From: a virus
DNA length: 64,000 bases
Strand: one strand, 5' to 3'
Virus record (IMG/VR): IMGVR_UViG_3300032334_001128
Span: 1 to 64,000 of that record
Shown: positions 33,812 through 44,600 of the stretch, in pieces
Layout of the letters: each line of letters begins with the position of its first letter
Numbering within the stretch: the stretch's first letter is position 1
Made by a program: the position numbers and the translations under genes
Notes under the pieces: model-generated
Told to the model about the DNA's origin: nothing
The model's input: only the letters and a program-made list of their open reading frames with translations
Database searches by the model: none

Positions 33812-34198
33812 TAGCTCATAGCTCAGCTGGGTAGCTCAGCTCATAGCTCAGCTGGGTAGCTATCTAAGCTCATAGCTCAGCTCATAGCTCAGCTGGGTAG
33901 CTCAGCTCATAGCTCAGCTGGGTAGCTCATAGCTCAGCTCATAGCTCAGCTCGTATCTGGTAGCTCAGCTCATAGCTCGTAGCTCAGCTCATTAGCTAGC
34001 TCATAGCTCAGCTCAGCTCATAGCTCAGCTCGTTAGAAGTTTGTAGCTCAGCTCATAGCTCGTAGCTCAGCTCATCAGCTAGGTAGCTCAGCTCGTAGCT
34101 CAGCTCAGCTCGTAGCTCAGCTCATAGCTCATCAGCTAGGTAGCTCAGCTCGTAGCTCAGCTCATCAGCTAGGTCATCAGCTCAGCTCGTTAGAAGTT
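33812..34198. repeat. AGCT-dense array (about 56 AGCT; units such as TAGCTCAGCTCA)
   Basis: hand count; non-coding; no GATC in this block. Confidence 0.9.
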
Positions 34199-34472
34199 TG
34201 TGTGTTATTTGGTTAGGTTAGGCTTGCCTAACTTACTAGGTCTGGTCTGGTTCGTTAGAAGTTGGAGCGTTTGTCTGTCCAAATAGTTATGTAAAGTTAG
34301 GTAAGCCTTACCTAACTGACGGCATCTCAGGAAAAATTCAGGAAACGATTTAGAGTGCTCCGAAAAACATGCGTTGCCGTCTCGCAGGCCAAAGTCAAAA
34401 AACGTTAAGGTATCACTTTTACGTACAGTACAGTCTTTCAATCAATGTCTCATCTTCTGCTAAACTGTACAC

Positions 34473-34973
34473 ATGTCTAGACGTCCAGCTCGTAATCAAA
34501 AACTTCCGCCATCGGAGATCCAACTCTTCAAAACTCTCGACTACAATCACACCGTAGTCCGAGTCAAGGCTCTATTTGCAGCCGGTTGGACCCTGGCTTC
34601 CATTGGGGCGGCTTTCTACCCGTCTAAAGGACGTTCGTCTATCAAAGCTTGGGTGGATCGTCCTACGCCCCCGAACGTTGTCGTCGACGTCCCTATTCCC
34701 GATCCAAACTATAAAACCCCCAAAAACGGCTACGTCCGTAAGACTCCAGTTTCCCCGGGAATATCTACAGTCACAGAAGGTACTCTCAGACGTCTGGCAC
34801 CCATAGCTAAACGCTACAGATCGGGTATGGCATCGACGTCCCCAGAAGCTATCGCAAACGCTGAGATGGACAAACTCGTGAAGGGACTTAGAGAAGTCGA
34901 CGTCACTATTGCCGAGATTGCTCGTGCAGCCGGCGTAACACATCGAGCAATTTCCCGTAGACTGAGTAAATAA
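34473..34973 (+). CDS. double-HTH DNA-binding protein, paralog of 30325-30903
   Basis: GWTLASIGAAF and TIAEIARAAGVTHRAISRRL; TAAACT just upstream of the ATG (leaderless). Confidence 0.7.
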   Translation: MSRRPARNQKLPPSEIQLFKTLDYNHTVVRVKALFAAGWTLASIGAAFYPSKGRSSIKAWVDRPTPPNVVVDVPIPDPNYKTPKNGYVRKTPVSPGISTVTEGTLRRLAPIAKRYRSGMASTSPEAIANAEMDKLVKGLREVDVTIAEIARAAGVTHRAISRRLSK

Positions 34974-35341
34974 TGCAGATATTAGCCGACGTTTTTCCAG
35001 CACACTTTTCCGCTGCTTCAGCAGGCGTTCTTACGGACGTCTTTCAACTCAACCCGATCTCTCAAAGTTCAGGAACGTTCTACGTCGCCACGACAAGAGT
35101 TATCGTCTCGGAGACTCACATCACAGTAGCTTCAGACTCCCCTGAGGGACCCCAGATAGTCTTTCACGAGCCGTATCTCTCTTTCTTTAAGGCAGAGTCT
35201 CAGACAGGCGTATATCGCGTTTTAACGACGTCTGGGAAGATGCTTGCATTTCAAAAAGACACATCCTGCGGTTGTGGCTCACGTCTACGTGCGTGGAATC
35301 CATATCGCACCCTACAATCGATCATGGACCCAACGGAATGA
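34973..35341 (+). CDS. hypothetical protein
   Basis: TAATG coupling; C-terminal CGCGSRL motif. Confidence 0.7.
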   Translation: MQILADVFPAHFSAASAGVLTDVFQLNPISQSSGTFYVATTRVIVSETHITVASDSPEGPQIVFHEPYLSFFKAESQTGVYRVLTTSGKMLAFQKDTSCGCGSRLRAWNPYRTLQSIMDPTE

Positions 35342-35631
35342 CAGATATTCCCCTAATTCATTTCCTAGTTCTATCTCTCGCAACGTTTAGACTTGCACGT
35401 CTGTTTACCACCGACGTTATTTTTGACTGGCTACGTCAACGAGTTTGGAAGCGATTCCCACCGTCCACAACCCTAGGCTATTTCTTCACTTGCAACTGGT
35501 GCATGTCCATTTGGTTCGGATCACTAGTAACTATTTCCTATACAATATATCCATCAGTAACGTTTGTCTGCTTGCTGCCGCTAGCTCTTTCTGCAATTGC
35601 AGGGCTGGTATCTAACAAGCTTGATAACTAA
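35338..35631 (+). CDS. DUF1360-like membrane protein
   Basis: LATFRLARLFTTDVIFDWLR...FFTCNWCMSIW; ATGA overlap. Confidence 0.7.
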   Translation: MTDIPLIHFLVLSLATFRLARLFTTDVIFDWLRQRVWKRFPPSTTLGYFFTCNWCMSIWFGSLVTISYTIYPSVTFVCLLPLALSAIAGLVSNKLDN

Positions 35632-35657
35632 CTAGATAACTACAGGAGCCTCCCTCA

Positions 35658-37424
35658 ATGGCAGTTTTCAGACGTGAACAGAATCCAATTCGTGGATCAG
35701 TTCCACCTACCCGAACTCAGGTAACATCAACACCTACTCCGTTCGGCTACACCCAGCTATCCCCGGCTACATACAACGTTATGCGTCCTCTAACTGCTGC
35801 CGCTGCACAAATCAAACTTAATGATCGCAGCGAAGCAGACCAGTTCAGAAACCGACGTCTATCATCTTCTTCTGCATGGCAGTCAGAAGCTTGGGAGTAC
35901 TACGACGCAATTGGTGAAATCAAGTACGCATTCTCACTTGTTGCATCCGTTGTCTCACGTATCCGTCTTTACGCTGCAATCATTCTTGACCCAGCTGAAG
36001 CTCCGACTCCAATTCGTAATGCAGCTAGCATTGAAGAACGTCTAGCATCTGCCGCTGAGCGTGCTATCCAACGTCTAGACTCAGCCTACGGAGGCCAAGC
36101 AGGTCTCTTGCGTGACGCTGCTCTAAACCTCGCTGTTACCGGTGAATGTTACCTCGTACAGATTCCTGAACGTCAAGGATCAGGAATTCCTGAGTCCTGG
36201 GACATTCGCTCAGTTGATGAACTTCAGATTGACCAGAAAGGTCAGTACTCTGTTATCGCTAGACGAGAAATGCTTCAGGGAACTGCTAACGGAAAAGGCA
36301 TGGGAATCAAACTTCCTGCGAACGCTTTTGTTGGACGTATTTGGAGAGCCCACCCACGTTTCTCAGAAGAGGCAGACTCCTCTTTACGCGGTCTGCTAGA
36401 CCTCTGTGCTGAACTACTACTTCTAAACCGTACATTCCGTGCAACTGCACGTTCACGCCTAAACGCTGGTGCTCTCTATCTACCGGACGGCTTGAGCGTA
36501 GCTTCTAGTGCTGACCCTAACTATCCTTACGATGACGCTGACGGTCTATCTGCAGAACCTACTCCAGAAGAAATCGCAGACGAGTTCGAAGACCAGTTGA
36601 TCGACGCGATGACAACCCCGATTCGCGACGAAGACTCTGCCAGCGCAGTTGTTCCACTTATTATTCGTGGTCCTGCCGAACTTGGTGACAAGATTAAGCA
36701 GTTCAAGTTCGAGCGTTCATTCGATGCAACTCTTGTTCAGCGTGCTGACCGTGTGCTAGAGCGTATTCTGCAAGGTCTCGACGTCCCTAAGGACATCGTT
36801 ACCGGTCTTGCAAACGTAAAGTACTCAAACGCTGTTCAGATTGACGAGTCACTTTACAAGGCTCACATTGAACCGTTGATGCTTCTTATTGCTGACGCAA
36901 TCACAGTTGTTTATCTACGTCCTTATCTACTTGCCAACGGTTTCTCACAGACCGACGTTGACAGAGTTGTTGCTTGGTATGACCCATCTGCTGTTGCAAC
37001 TCGTAACGACCGTGCAATGGATGCTGACTCAGGTTTCGACAAGATGGCTGTCTCATACGACACATGGAGACGTGCTCACGGATTCTCAGACCAAGATGCA
37101 CCTAGCCCATCTGAAGTAGCTCTACGTATGATTATGGACAAGGGTATGATCACTCCAGAACTTACTGAAGCAATGCTTAATGCTGTTGCTCCAGAGGTCA
37201 TGGAAGCCACTCGTAAGGCCTCACAGGCTAGCTCAGTGGCTCCAATTCCACCAGGCTTAGAGCAGATGCTACAGGGTGCCCAACCAGGCGCTCCTGCCCC
37301 TGCTCCCGCTGCTCCGGCAGCTCCAACTCCAGAGGCAATTCCGCCTTCTGGAGCTCCAACACAAGAAGCTCCGGCTCAGGAAAACCCGGCAGCTCCCCCA
37401 ATTCCGCTAGCGGAACCACAGTAA
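35658..37424 (+). CDS. portal protein
   Basis: WQSEAWEYYDAIGEIKYA actinophage portal pattern; position before the head genes; Pro/Ala tail. Confidence 0.8.
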   Translation: MAVFRREQNPIRGSVPPTRTQVTSTPTPFGYTQLSPATYNVMRPLTAAAAQIKLNDRSEADQFRNRRLSSSSAWQSEAWEYYDAIGEIKYAFSLVASVVSRIRLYAAIILDPAEAPTPIRNAASIEERLASAAERAIQRLDSAYGGQAGLLRDAALNLAVTGECYLVQIPERQGSGIPESWDIRSVDELQIDQKGQYSVIARREMLQGTANGKGMGIKLPANAFVGRIWRAHPRFSEEADSSLRGLLDLCAELLLLNRTFRATARSRLNAGALYLPDGLSVASSADPNYPYDDADGLSAEPTPEEIADEFEDQLIDAMTTPIRDEDSASAVVPLIIRGPAELGDKIKQFKFERSFDATLVQRADRVLERILQGLDVPKDIVTGLANVKYSNAVQIDESLYKAHIEPLMLLIADAITVVYLRPYLLANGFSQTDVDRVVAWYDPSAVATRNDRAMDADSGFDKMAVSYDTWRRAHGFSDQDAPSPSEVALRMIMDKGMITPELTEAMLNAVAPEVMEATRKASQASSVAPIPPGLEQMLQGAQPGAPAPAPAAPAAPTPEAIPPSGAPTQEAPAQENPAAPPIPLAEPQ

Positions 37425-37435
37425 GGTAAACCAAG

Positions 37436-38551
37436 ATGACTCACTCAAAAACTACTCTAAAAGATCACTTAGCAGTGTCTCTAGCTAACGCTGTGGTTAT
37501 GTATCACACTAGCCACGGTTACCACTGGAACGTCAAGGGACTTGACTTCAGAGAGTTCCACGAATTCTTTGGCGAAATATATGAAGACGTCTTTGGTTCT
37601 ATAGACGAGTACGCCGAGAACATTCGTAAGATCGGATTTGACGCTCCTTTCACAATGCAGGAGTTCTTGGAGCTAGCTACCTGCGTTCCAGAGAAGGTCA
37701 CCGTTAGCGATCCGACTCGCTTGACCGCTTCTCTGCTAGACGTCAACCTAAAGCTTATTAGCAGCCTAAAGGCAACCTTTGACTGTGCTAACTCTCTAAA
37801 CGAGCAGGGCGTTGCTAACTTCCTAGCTGAGCGCATTGATGCACACCAGAAGTGGGATTGGCAGCTTGCTGCAACCCTTGGTAACCAGACTTACTCAACG
37901 TCATTCATTGTTGTAGAAGCTGATATGCAGCCACTACCTCAGACTCAGGAAGGCTGGGATGACGAACTTGCATTCCTAGATGGCTACGACAACGAAGGTA
38001 CTGCATTCTTTGCATCTGGCCGATCACGTGAACTAGTTCTTCCACAGAACGTTGAAGCAGAGCTAAAGTCTTTGGTTGACGCTCACAACGCTTCAGCAGG
38101 AGAAGGTCTGAAGACCACTTTTGCTAAGTGTAAGACCGTCTACCGCCGTGGAGCTCGTAAGTATGCTGGCGAACTAGCTGAAGGTACTACACGCCACCGC
38201 TTTGCAGTTGCTCGTGTTGAACAGTTCCTATCTCAGATTGGCAGCGAAAAGCTACTAGCTACATTTAGCACTGACGATGCAGATCTTCTACCAAACTCAC
38301 ACCCTAAGGCTCTAAGCATTGATCCTCTAGTAGCTTCTGCTGCTGTTAAGAAGGGTCTAACTGTGACTGTTAAGAAGCCTGGAGAATACAAGCGTAACGA
38401 GGACGCAGTCCTAGATATCGCTGAGTTCTCTGGTAAAGGCTACGACGCAGTGAGCCAGATCAAGGATGCTTGGATCTATGGACAGTCTAAAGGCAAGTCA
38501 GGCTACAATACAGCTCTGGCATTTGCACTAGGCTATTTCGTACACGGATAA
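37436..38551 (+). CDS. Dps/ferritin-like domain fused to a phage head-associated domain
   Basis: HGYHWNVKG...FHEFFGEIYEDVFGSIDEYAENIRKIG Dps motif; C-terminal KTVYRRGA...AVARVEQFL...DADLLP. Confidence 0.85.
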   Translation: MTHSKTTLKDHLAVSLANAVVMYHTSHGYHWNVKGLDFREFHEFFGEIYEDVFGSIDEYAENIRKIGFDAPFTMQEFLELATCVPEKVTVSDPTRLTASLLDVNLKLISSLKATFDCANSLNEQGVANFLAERIDAHQKWDWQLAATLGNQTYSTSFIVVEADMQPLPQTQEGWDDELAFLDGYDNEGTAFFASGRSRELVLPQNVEAELKSLVDAHNASAGEGLKTTFAKCKTVYRRGARKYAGELAEGTTRHRFAVARVEQFLSQIGSEKLLATFSTDDADLLPNSHPKALSIDPLVASAAVKKGLTVTVKKPGEYKRNEDAVLDIAEFSGKGYDAVSQIKDAWIYGQSKGKSGYNTALAFALGYFVHG

Positions 38552-38656
38552 TTAAATCCGATACTAATCAAAGTTTAGATAATAGGATAAACTTTTTCTA
38601 AGCTTGTTACAATATAAACAGTTAAGCCATACCTGTAAGTAGGAAGGTACTCTTCA

Positions 38657-41600
38657 GTGAGTCAAAATCTTAGTGCCCTTGTTGCCGCGTTAGAAACTAT
38701 CAACCAGAAAGATCTGGAGCTCAGCGTTGTTGAGACCGAACAGATATTCAAGAAGGGCGTTGTAACTCACGTTCTCCAGCAGAATGCTCTAGTTGCATCA
38801 ATCCGACAGGTGGCAATTAAAGACGTTCTAAAGTTCACCGACCGCTACATCGCTAGCAAGCTAGATAACGAAGACCCTCGTGATGTTTTCTTCAACGCTG
38901 CACGCGAGGTCACAAGTTTTGTTGAGTACGCTGTCAACGGTCCAGCTCTAGAAAGAGTGATGGCAGTTGAGCACAGGGACCTACTCCCAGCGGCTCACCC
39001 GTTCTCAACAAAAACCATTAGCCCAATTACCGCATCAGCACTTCGCGTACGCAATGCTGCCTGGGTAGCCTGGGACCCACGTATTACTGATGATGCAGCA
39101 CGTAAGGCTGTATTTGACGCATACGTACAGCAACCAAACACAACCAAGGGTTTGTATGCAGTTGCACGCCTTGAATCACTAACTGCTTCTGTTGTTCCAG
39201 CAGACATCAAGCTTGGTGCAGTTACAGCTGCATTTGGCGTTGGTAACCCATTTGCTGGTAACAACTCTTCAGCTGCTCGTTCTGCTCGTGCTAAGTTGCA
39301 GCGTCGTGACCGTAAGGGTCGATTTGCCGAGATGGGTGGAGGATCTCGTATCCTTGCAATGATCGGCAACATGATTAAGTCATTCACCGGTAAATTTGCT
39401 GGTATCCCTCAAGACAGCAACAACATTGAAGTTGAAATTGCTGGCAACTCAGATCTTCCTGGCGGTATTTACTCTGTACCAGCATCAAAGGTTGAAGGTC
39501 TTAAGGCTATTCTTCGTGGCAACATGGTATCTCCTGCAGTACCAGCCAACTCACGTAACTCACGTGCAGCTATCGACCTACAAGATCTACTTGCAAGCCG
39601 TAAGAGTGCTCCTACTGGTTGGACAGATAACGGTGATGGTAAATTCACATCTGCAGACGGTTATTCAGTTTCACAAATTGATATCCCTCAGGATGCAACT
39701 GGAATGAATGATAAAAATGGTAACTTTTTACCATTTGAACTTCAAGGCAAATTTATCGGTGCTGGTCCAAACGGATCATACGACCGATCTAAGCCTGTGT
39801 TCGAACTTAAAGATGCTAACGGCAACGTAGTTGGTCGCGCTCAGGAATGGGCAAACCTTCAGAAGCTTGCAGCAGACTCAGACGAGTCTAAGGGTGCAGC
39901 TCCTAAGACAAAGGCACGTCTAAGAACCCCACAGCCTGCTGGCTTCCGTCAAGAACCTGGCGACAACACAGAGCCTATTGACGTAGTTGGCGATTCTGAA
40001 GTAGAGCCGCTACCGGCACCTCCACGTAAAGAAGATGATAATTTTGAAGCTAACTACATAAACTATTTAGCCACTAAGGATTACAAAGCTAAGGACGTTA
40101 CAGATACCGATGGCAAGTACTTCCTATCTGAGCAAGAGCTAGCCGATGGCGGTAAACTTTGGCAAGTAGGCGACGATATGGACGACAACGGTCCTCAGTA
40201 TGTAGCCCAAAAAGCAGACGGTACTTTTGAAGTTAATGGTAAGACTTTCTACCCAAAGAACTACGGCGGGGATGTTATTTCTGCTGCAGATGATGCCTTT
40301 AGTACTGCTGATAAGAATAGATCTGCTGGCAAACGGGGCTTTGCACAGGAGGCTGGTAGCGAAGAAAAAGTTAACAGCGAAACACTGGACGGCTGGGCAA
40401 AAAAGTACGGTGCAGTAGAAACTACTACTCCAGATGACACTGCTAAAAACATGAGAAGATGGGCATTAGATGGCCATGATATTGTTATGGAGAACGCTAA
40501 TACTGATTCTATTAAGCCTTACAATTTTAAAATAAAGATTACTGAGGGCCCAGACGCTGGTAAGTTCTACTGGGGATCAAGCGTTGCAGATATCCCATCT
40601 AACTATCAGTACGGTCTATCTAGGGAAGAGGATTTAGAACAACTCTTTTCATTCCCTAAAAATATAAAACGTAAAAAAGATGGCTTAGAGCCACTAAAAA
40701 CAGATAAAAATCAGCAACGCGATAGCAAGATTGAAAGAATTAAAAACAATCGTGCTCAAAGAGCTAAAGTAACTAATGCTATAGCTACTGCAGACCCAAA
40801 AAAGATTCAAGAAGCCTTAGATGATGCAGCAATTCCAGAAAAATACCAGGATGTTCTAAAAGCTCAGCTCAAAAAAGCTCAGGATTTTGAAAATGGATTG
40901 AGCGAAGATCCGCACTGGACTAAAGACGAAATTGCTGCTATCGAACAGATGGCAAAAGATTACGGCTATGAAGGCGATATAGTTCCTAATGAAGAAGGCG
41001 TGTACTCATTTACGCTAGGAAGCGAGGATGACTATAGTTGGGCCGAGCTAACTATATTCCCTGGCAATAGAGCTGACTTAACTCAGTATACTACTGGTGC
41101 ATATAGTCCTGGTGGATGGGATGAGCCTCCTAGCCAGGATGTAGATTCAGAAACTAGATCAATCCCTGTAGGGTCTTCTATGGACGATCTCGAGAATATA
41201 TTTGCTGGTGGAGATAATAGCTCCGATGCGCCAGAACCACCAGAGCGTGACGAAGACGAGGGCTTCTACCAAAAGCCGGGCGAAGAACCAGAAATTAAAA
41301 CCGTTGATGACTACGTAAACTCAAAGTACGGTAGAGGTTTCAAGGAAACAACTACTGAAGCTGATAAAGCAGCTGGAAGACGCGTTTGGTTCTATGAAGA
41401 CACAGACACTGGCGGTGGCGGTGAGGTCACTCAGAATGCTGACGGCACTGTTGATATTTCAGGTACCACTTTCTCTCAGGGTATGTTTGGCGAGAGACAA
41501 TCAGAATTTGATGACAGCTTTGACCCTAACTTCTATGGCGAGGGTGAAGACGGTAGAGTCGGTGCAATTGACGACGCCTTTGGTACTATTAAGTACAAAA

Positions 41601-44600
41601 CAGGTGATCCTGGCGTACCTGACTCTGACGGCTTCGAGCAGGCTCCTGGCCTCCCTGGATTCAGACAGAAGTCCGGTAAGGGTAAATTTGAACTACCTGA
41701 AGACTTTGACAGTGTTAAGAACTGGAAAGATCTTGGCAATGGTAAGTACGAGTACACCTCTAAAGACGGACGTCTAAAGGTAAGGTACAACGAAGAATTT
41801 GACGCCGAGCCTGACGGTGAAGGCGGTATGCGTGGCTACGAAAACTCATACGCTGAGATTGAACTAGACGGTGAAGTAATTGAAGACAGTCTAGATGCTA
41901 ACGGTGCTTCTTTCCTTTTTGGTGAGGGTGAGAGAGAATTCGAACCAGCTGAGCTAGCTGACAGAGTAGTTAAGTCTCTTAAGGATGCCCAGAGCAAGGG
42001 CTTCAAGCAAGAAGCTGGGAAAGACTCAGAGGCCCAGGCCGAGTCATACTTAAATGAACTAGAGCAAGATGCTTCAGAGATTCTCGATAGAAACCCGATG
42101 GGCACCACTGAATGGACATCTAAAGATGGAAGAGTTAAGGCAGTTCACGGTGATGACGGCAGTGCTGGTGAATACGTCGAGGTATTCCTAGATGGTAAAT
42201 CCATTGGAGGTGTTGGTAAGTATTCCCCTGTGGAAGATCCAAAAACTGGAAATTATAGTGAACCATGGGATAGCCCTGATAAAGAGCCAGGTTGGGTAGC
42301 TGATGGGATCTACGAGCTTCTAAAGGAGAACCTAGCTACTGAAGGCTTCAAGCAAGAAGCTGGTAAAGAAAAATTTGAACTTTCAAAAGAGTTTTACAAC
42401 GACAAGAACTGGTCTAAGGAACCATTTAAAAATCCTGAATGGACTTCTGCAGACGGTAAGGTAAAAGTCAAGTACGTCTCTGATGGCGACGTAAATGATG
42501 AAGGACGTCCAGTTGACACTTCTTACCTAGAAGTATCCGTTGATGGCGAAGTCATTGGAGATATTTCCGCACCTAATGCCCTTCAGTACAACGCAGGTGA
42601 TCCTAACGACCCTGAATACATGAGGACCGGAATTCCAAGTTCTAAACTAGAACTAGACGAGTACGGCGACGATGTCCAGGCTATGGTTGACAATCACCTA
42701 AAGTCTAAGGGTGGCTTCAAGCAGTCTGCTGGTGAAGCAGGTGGAGTTCGCAAGTCTCACATTTCTGACCTAGACAACTGGTCTAGTGACCCATCAGATG
42801 GTGGAGAAGGTACATACACCTCTCCAGATGGACGTCTAACTCTCGAGGCTATGGCTGACGCTGACACCGACGGTGAAGGCGGAATGAAGGATCTATCTCG
42901 CATTGCTGTTTCTTATGACGGTGAAGAGATTGGAACTCTACCTAAACTTGGCGTAATGTACAACGAGGCAGATCTTGCTGACGACGTCGACAATCTAGTT
43001 AGCAAGTACCTAGAAAAGCAAACTGGTGGTTTCAACCAGCAGCCTGGTTCTGGCAGACGAAAAGTTGGAAACTTTAGAGTAATTCCTAGAGAAGAATTCA
43101 CCGACATTGTTGGTGCAGCTGATACTTCTGATGGCGGAATTGTACGTCTTGAGAAAACTAAGAACGGTACAATTACCCCTACCGCTTATAACAGATTTGG
43201 TCAGGTGATGGCTCAGAGCGAGCCTACAACTGATCTAGACGCTGCTCTAAAAGAGGGTGAGCGACTGCTATCTGGTCTTGAAGGCAAGGCCCAGGACAGC
43301 CCTGAAGTTTCTGGATTCTCTCAGAAGCCAGGCGAAGAGCCACCAGCCTGGACTAAGGATCCAGCTACTCCTTTGCAGTACAACAAGCTTCAGGGTATTC
43401 TTGACAACCAGGCTGACAGGCTTCCAACTGATGTCCGTGACATGGTTGAAGAAGCCGTTGCTAACAAGGCTCTAACCAAGGGCGAGATGGGCAAGCTCCT
43501 TGCTGAGGTTGGTAAGAGTGCTGATCTTTCAATTAGCTACACTCCTAAGGTTGATAAGGCTCATGCTTCTGATAGAGCTAACTGGAAGTATGATAAAAAA
43601 TCTAAGAGTTACTCATACACCTCTGCTGACGGAAGACTGTCTATTAATGCTGTGTCTCCAGAAGACGGTGCAACTACAGTAACTTATGACGGTAAGCCAG
43701 TTCAGATATCTAGACCTTACGGCAGTGAGATCTGGCAATCAGTCGATAACGGTGGAGTTCCTATTGGAGATTCTGTCGATACTGCTATCAAAGATCGACT
43801 AGATTTTGAAAATAAAACAGGCATCTATTCAGATAAGTCAGGCTTCGCTCAAGCTCCTGGATCTACTTCAAAAGCAATCCGTACTCCTCAGCCACAGGTT
43901 GACGAGGGTCGTGCGGCATCAGCTAAATTTGCCAAGGACGGTTTCCTAGAACAAACAACCAACTACGGCAGTGGTGACTCTGACTTGTCATGGGAAATTG
44001 ATGTTGATGACATGGAAAGTGCTGCAATAGTTGTTAAGTACTCTCCTAACCGTGGAACATGGTACGCATACGCTCAGTACAGAGATAAGAGAGGTAATCT
44101 CAGTACTGCTGAAAATGGCGACTTAGGAGACTTTAAGACTGCAGAAGAAGCTATGGCTGCAGCTAGTGCTTTTAATAACGATGAAGATCGTATGGATGAG
44201 TACAATGAAATCATTCGCGATGCTAGAAAAGCTCGTATGCAGGCAGTTGCAACTAAGTTTGAAGAGGCAGTTGCAAACAAAGACTACGATGCTCTAAAAG
44301 AGCTTTTAAATGATGAAGATGTTCTAACTTCAGAAGACTCCGATTTCTTAGAGAATGACATTCTAGAAGAGATGAACTCTATATCTCTTGAAGAAGAGCG
44401 CCAAAGCGATGTTGAGGATGCTCTCGCTTCGAATGATAAAGATAGATTAGAAGAGCTACTGGGTGATGACGACTACGAGGAGTATCACTCTAGGCTGGAA
44501 GACGCTATCAATGACTTCAAACATGGAGAAGAAGATCCAGACGGCTTCGAGCAAGCTCCAGGTAAAAAACTAACTCCTCGAAACAACCAAACTCTCAAAC

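Noticed and set aside
33347-34198. CRISPR array or DGR template/variable repeat
   Set aside because: There are no constant repeats with unique spacers, no cas or reverse transcriptase genes, and no adenine-specific mismatched repeat pair.
34210-34222. GGTTAGGTTAGG telomere-like repeat
   Set aside because: Only two units, and explained by the adjacent GTTAGG/CCTAAC hairpin.
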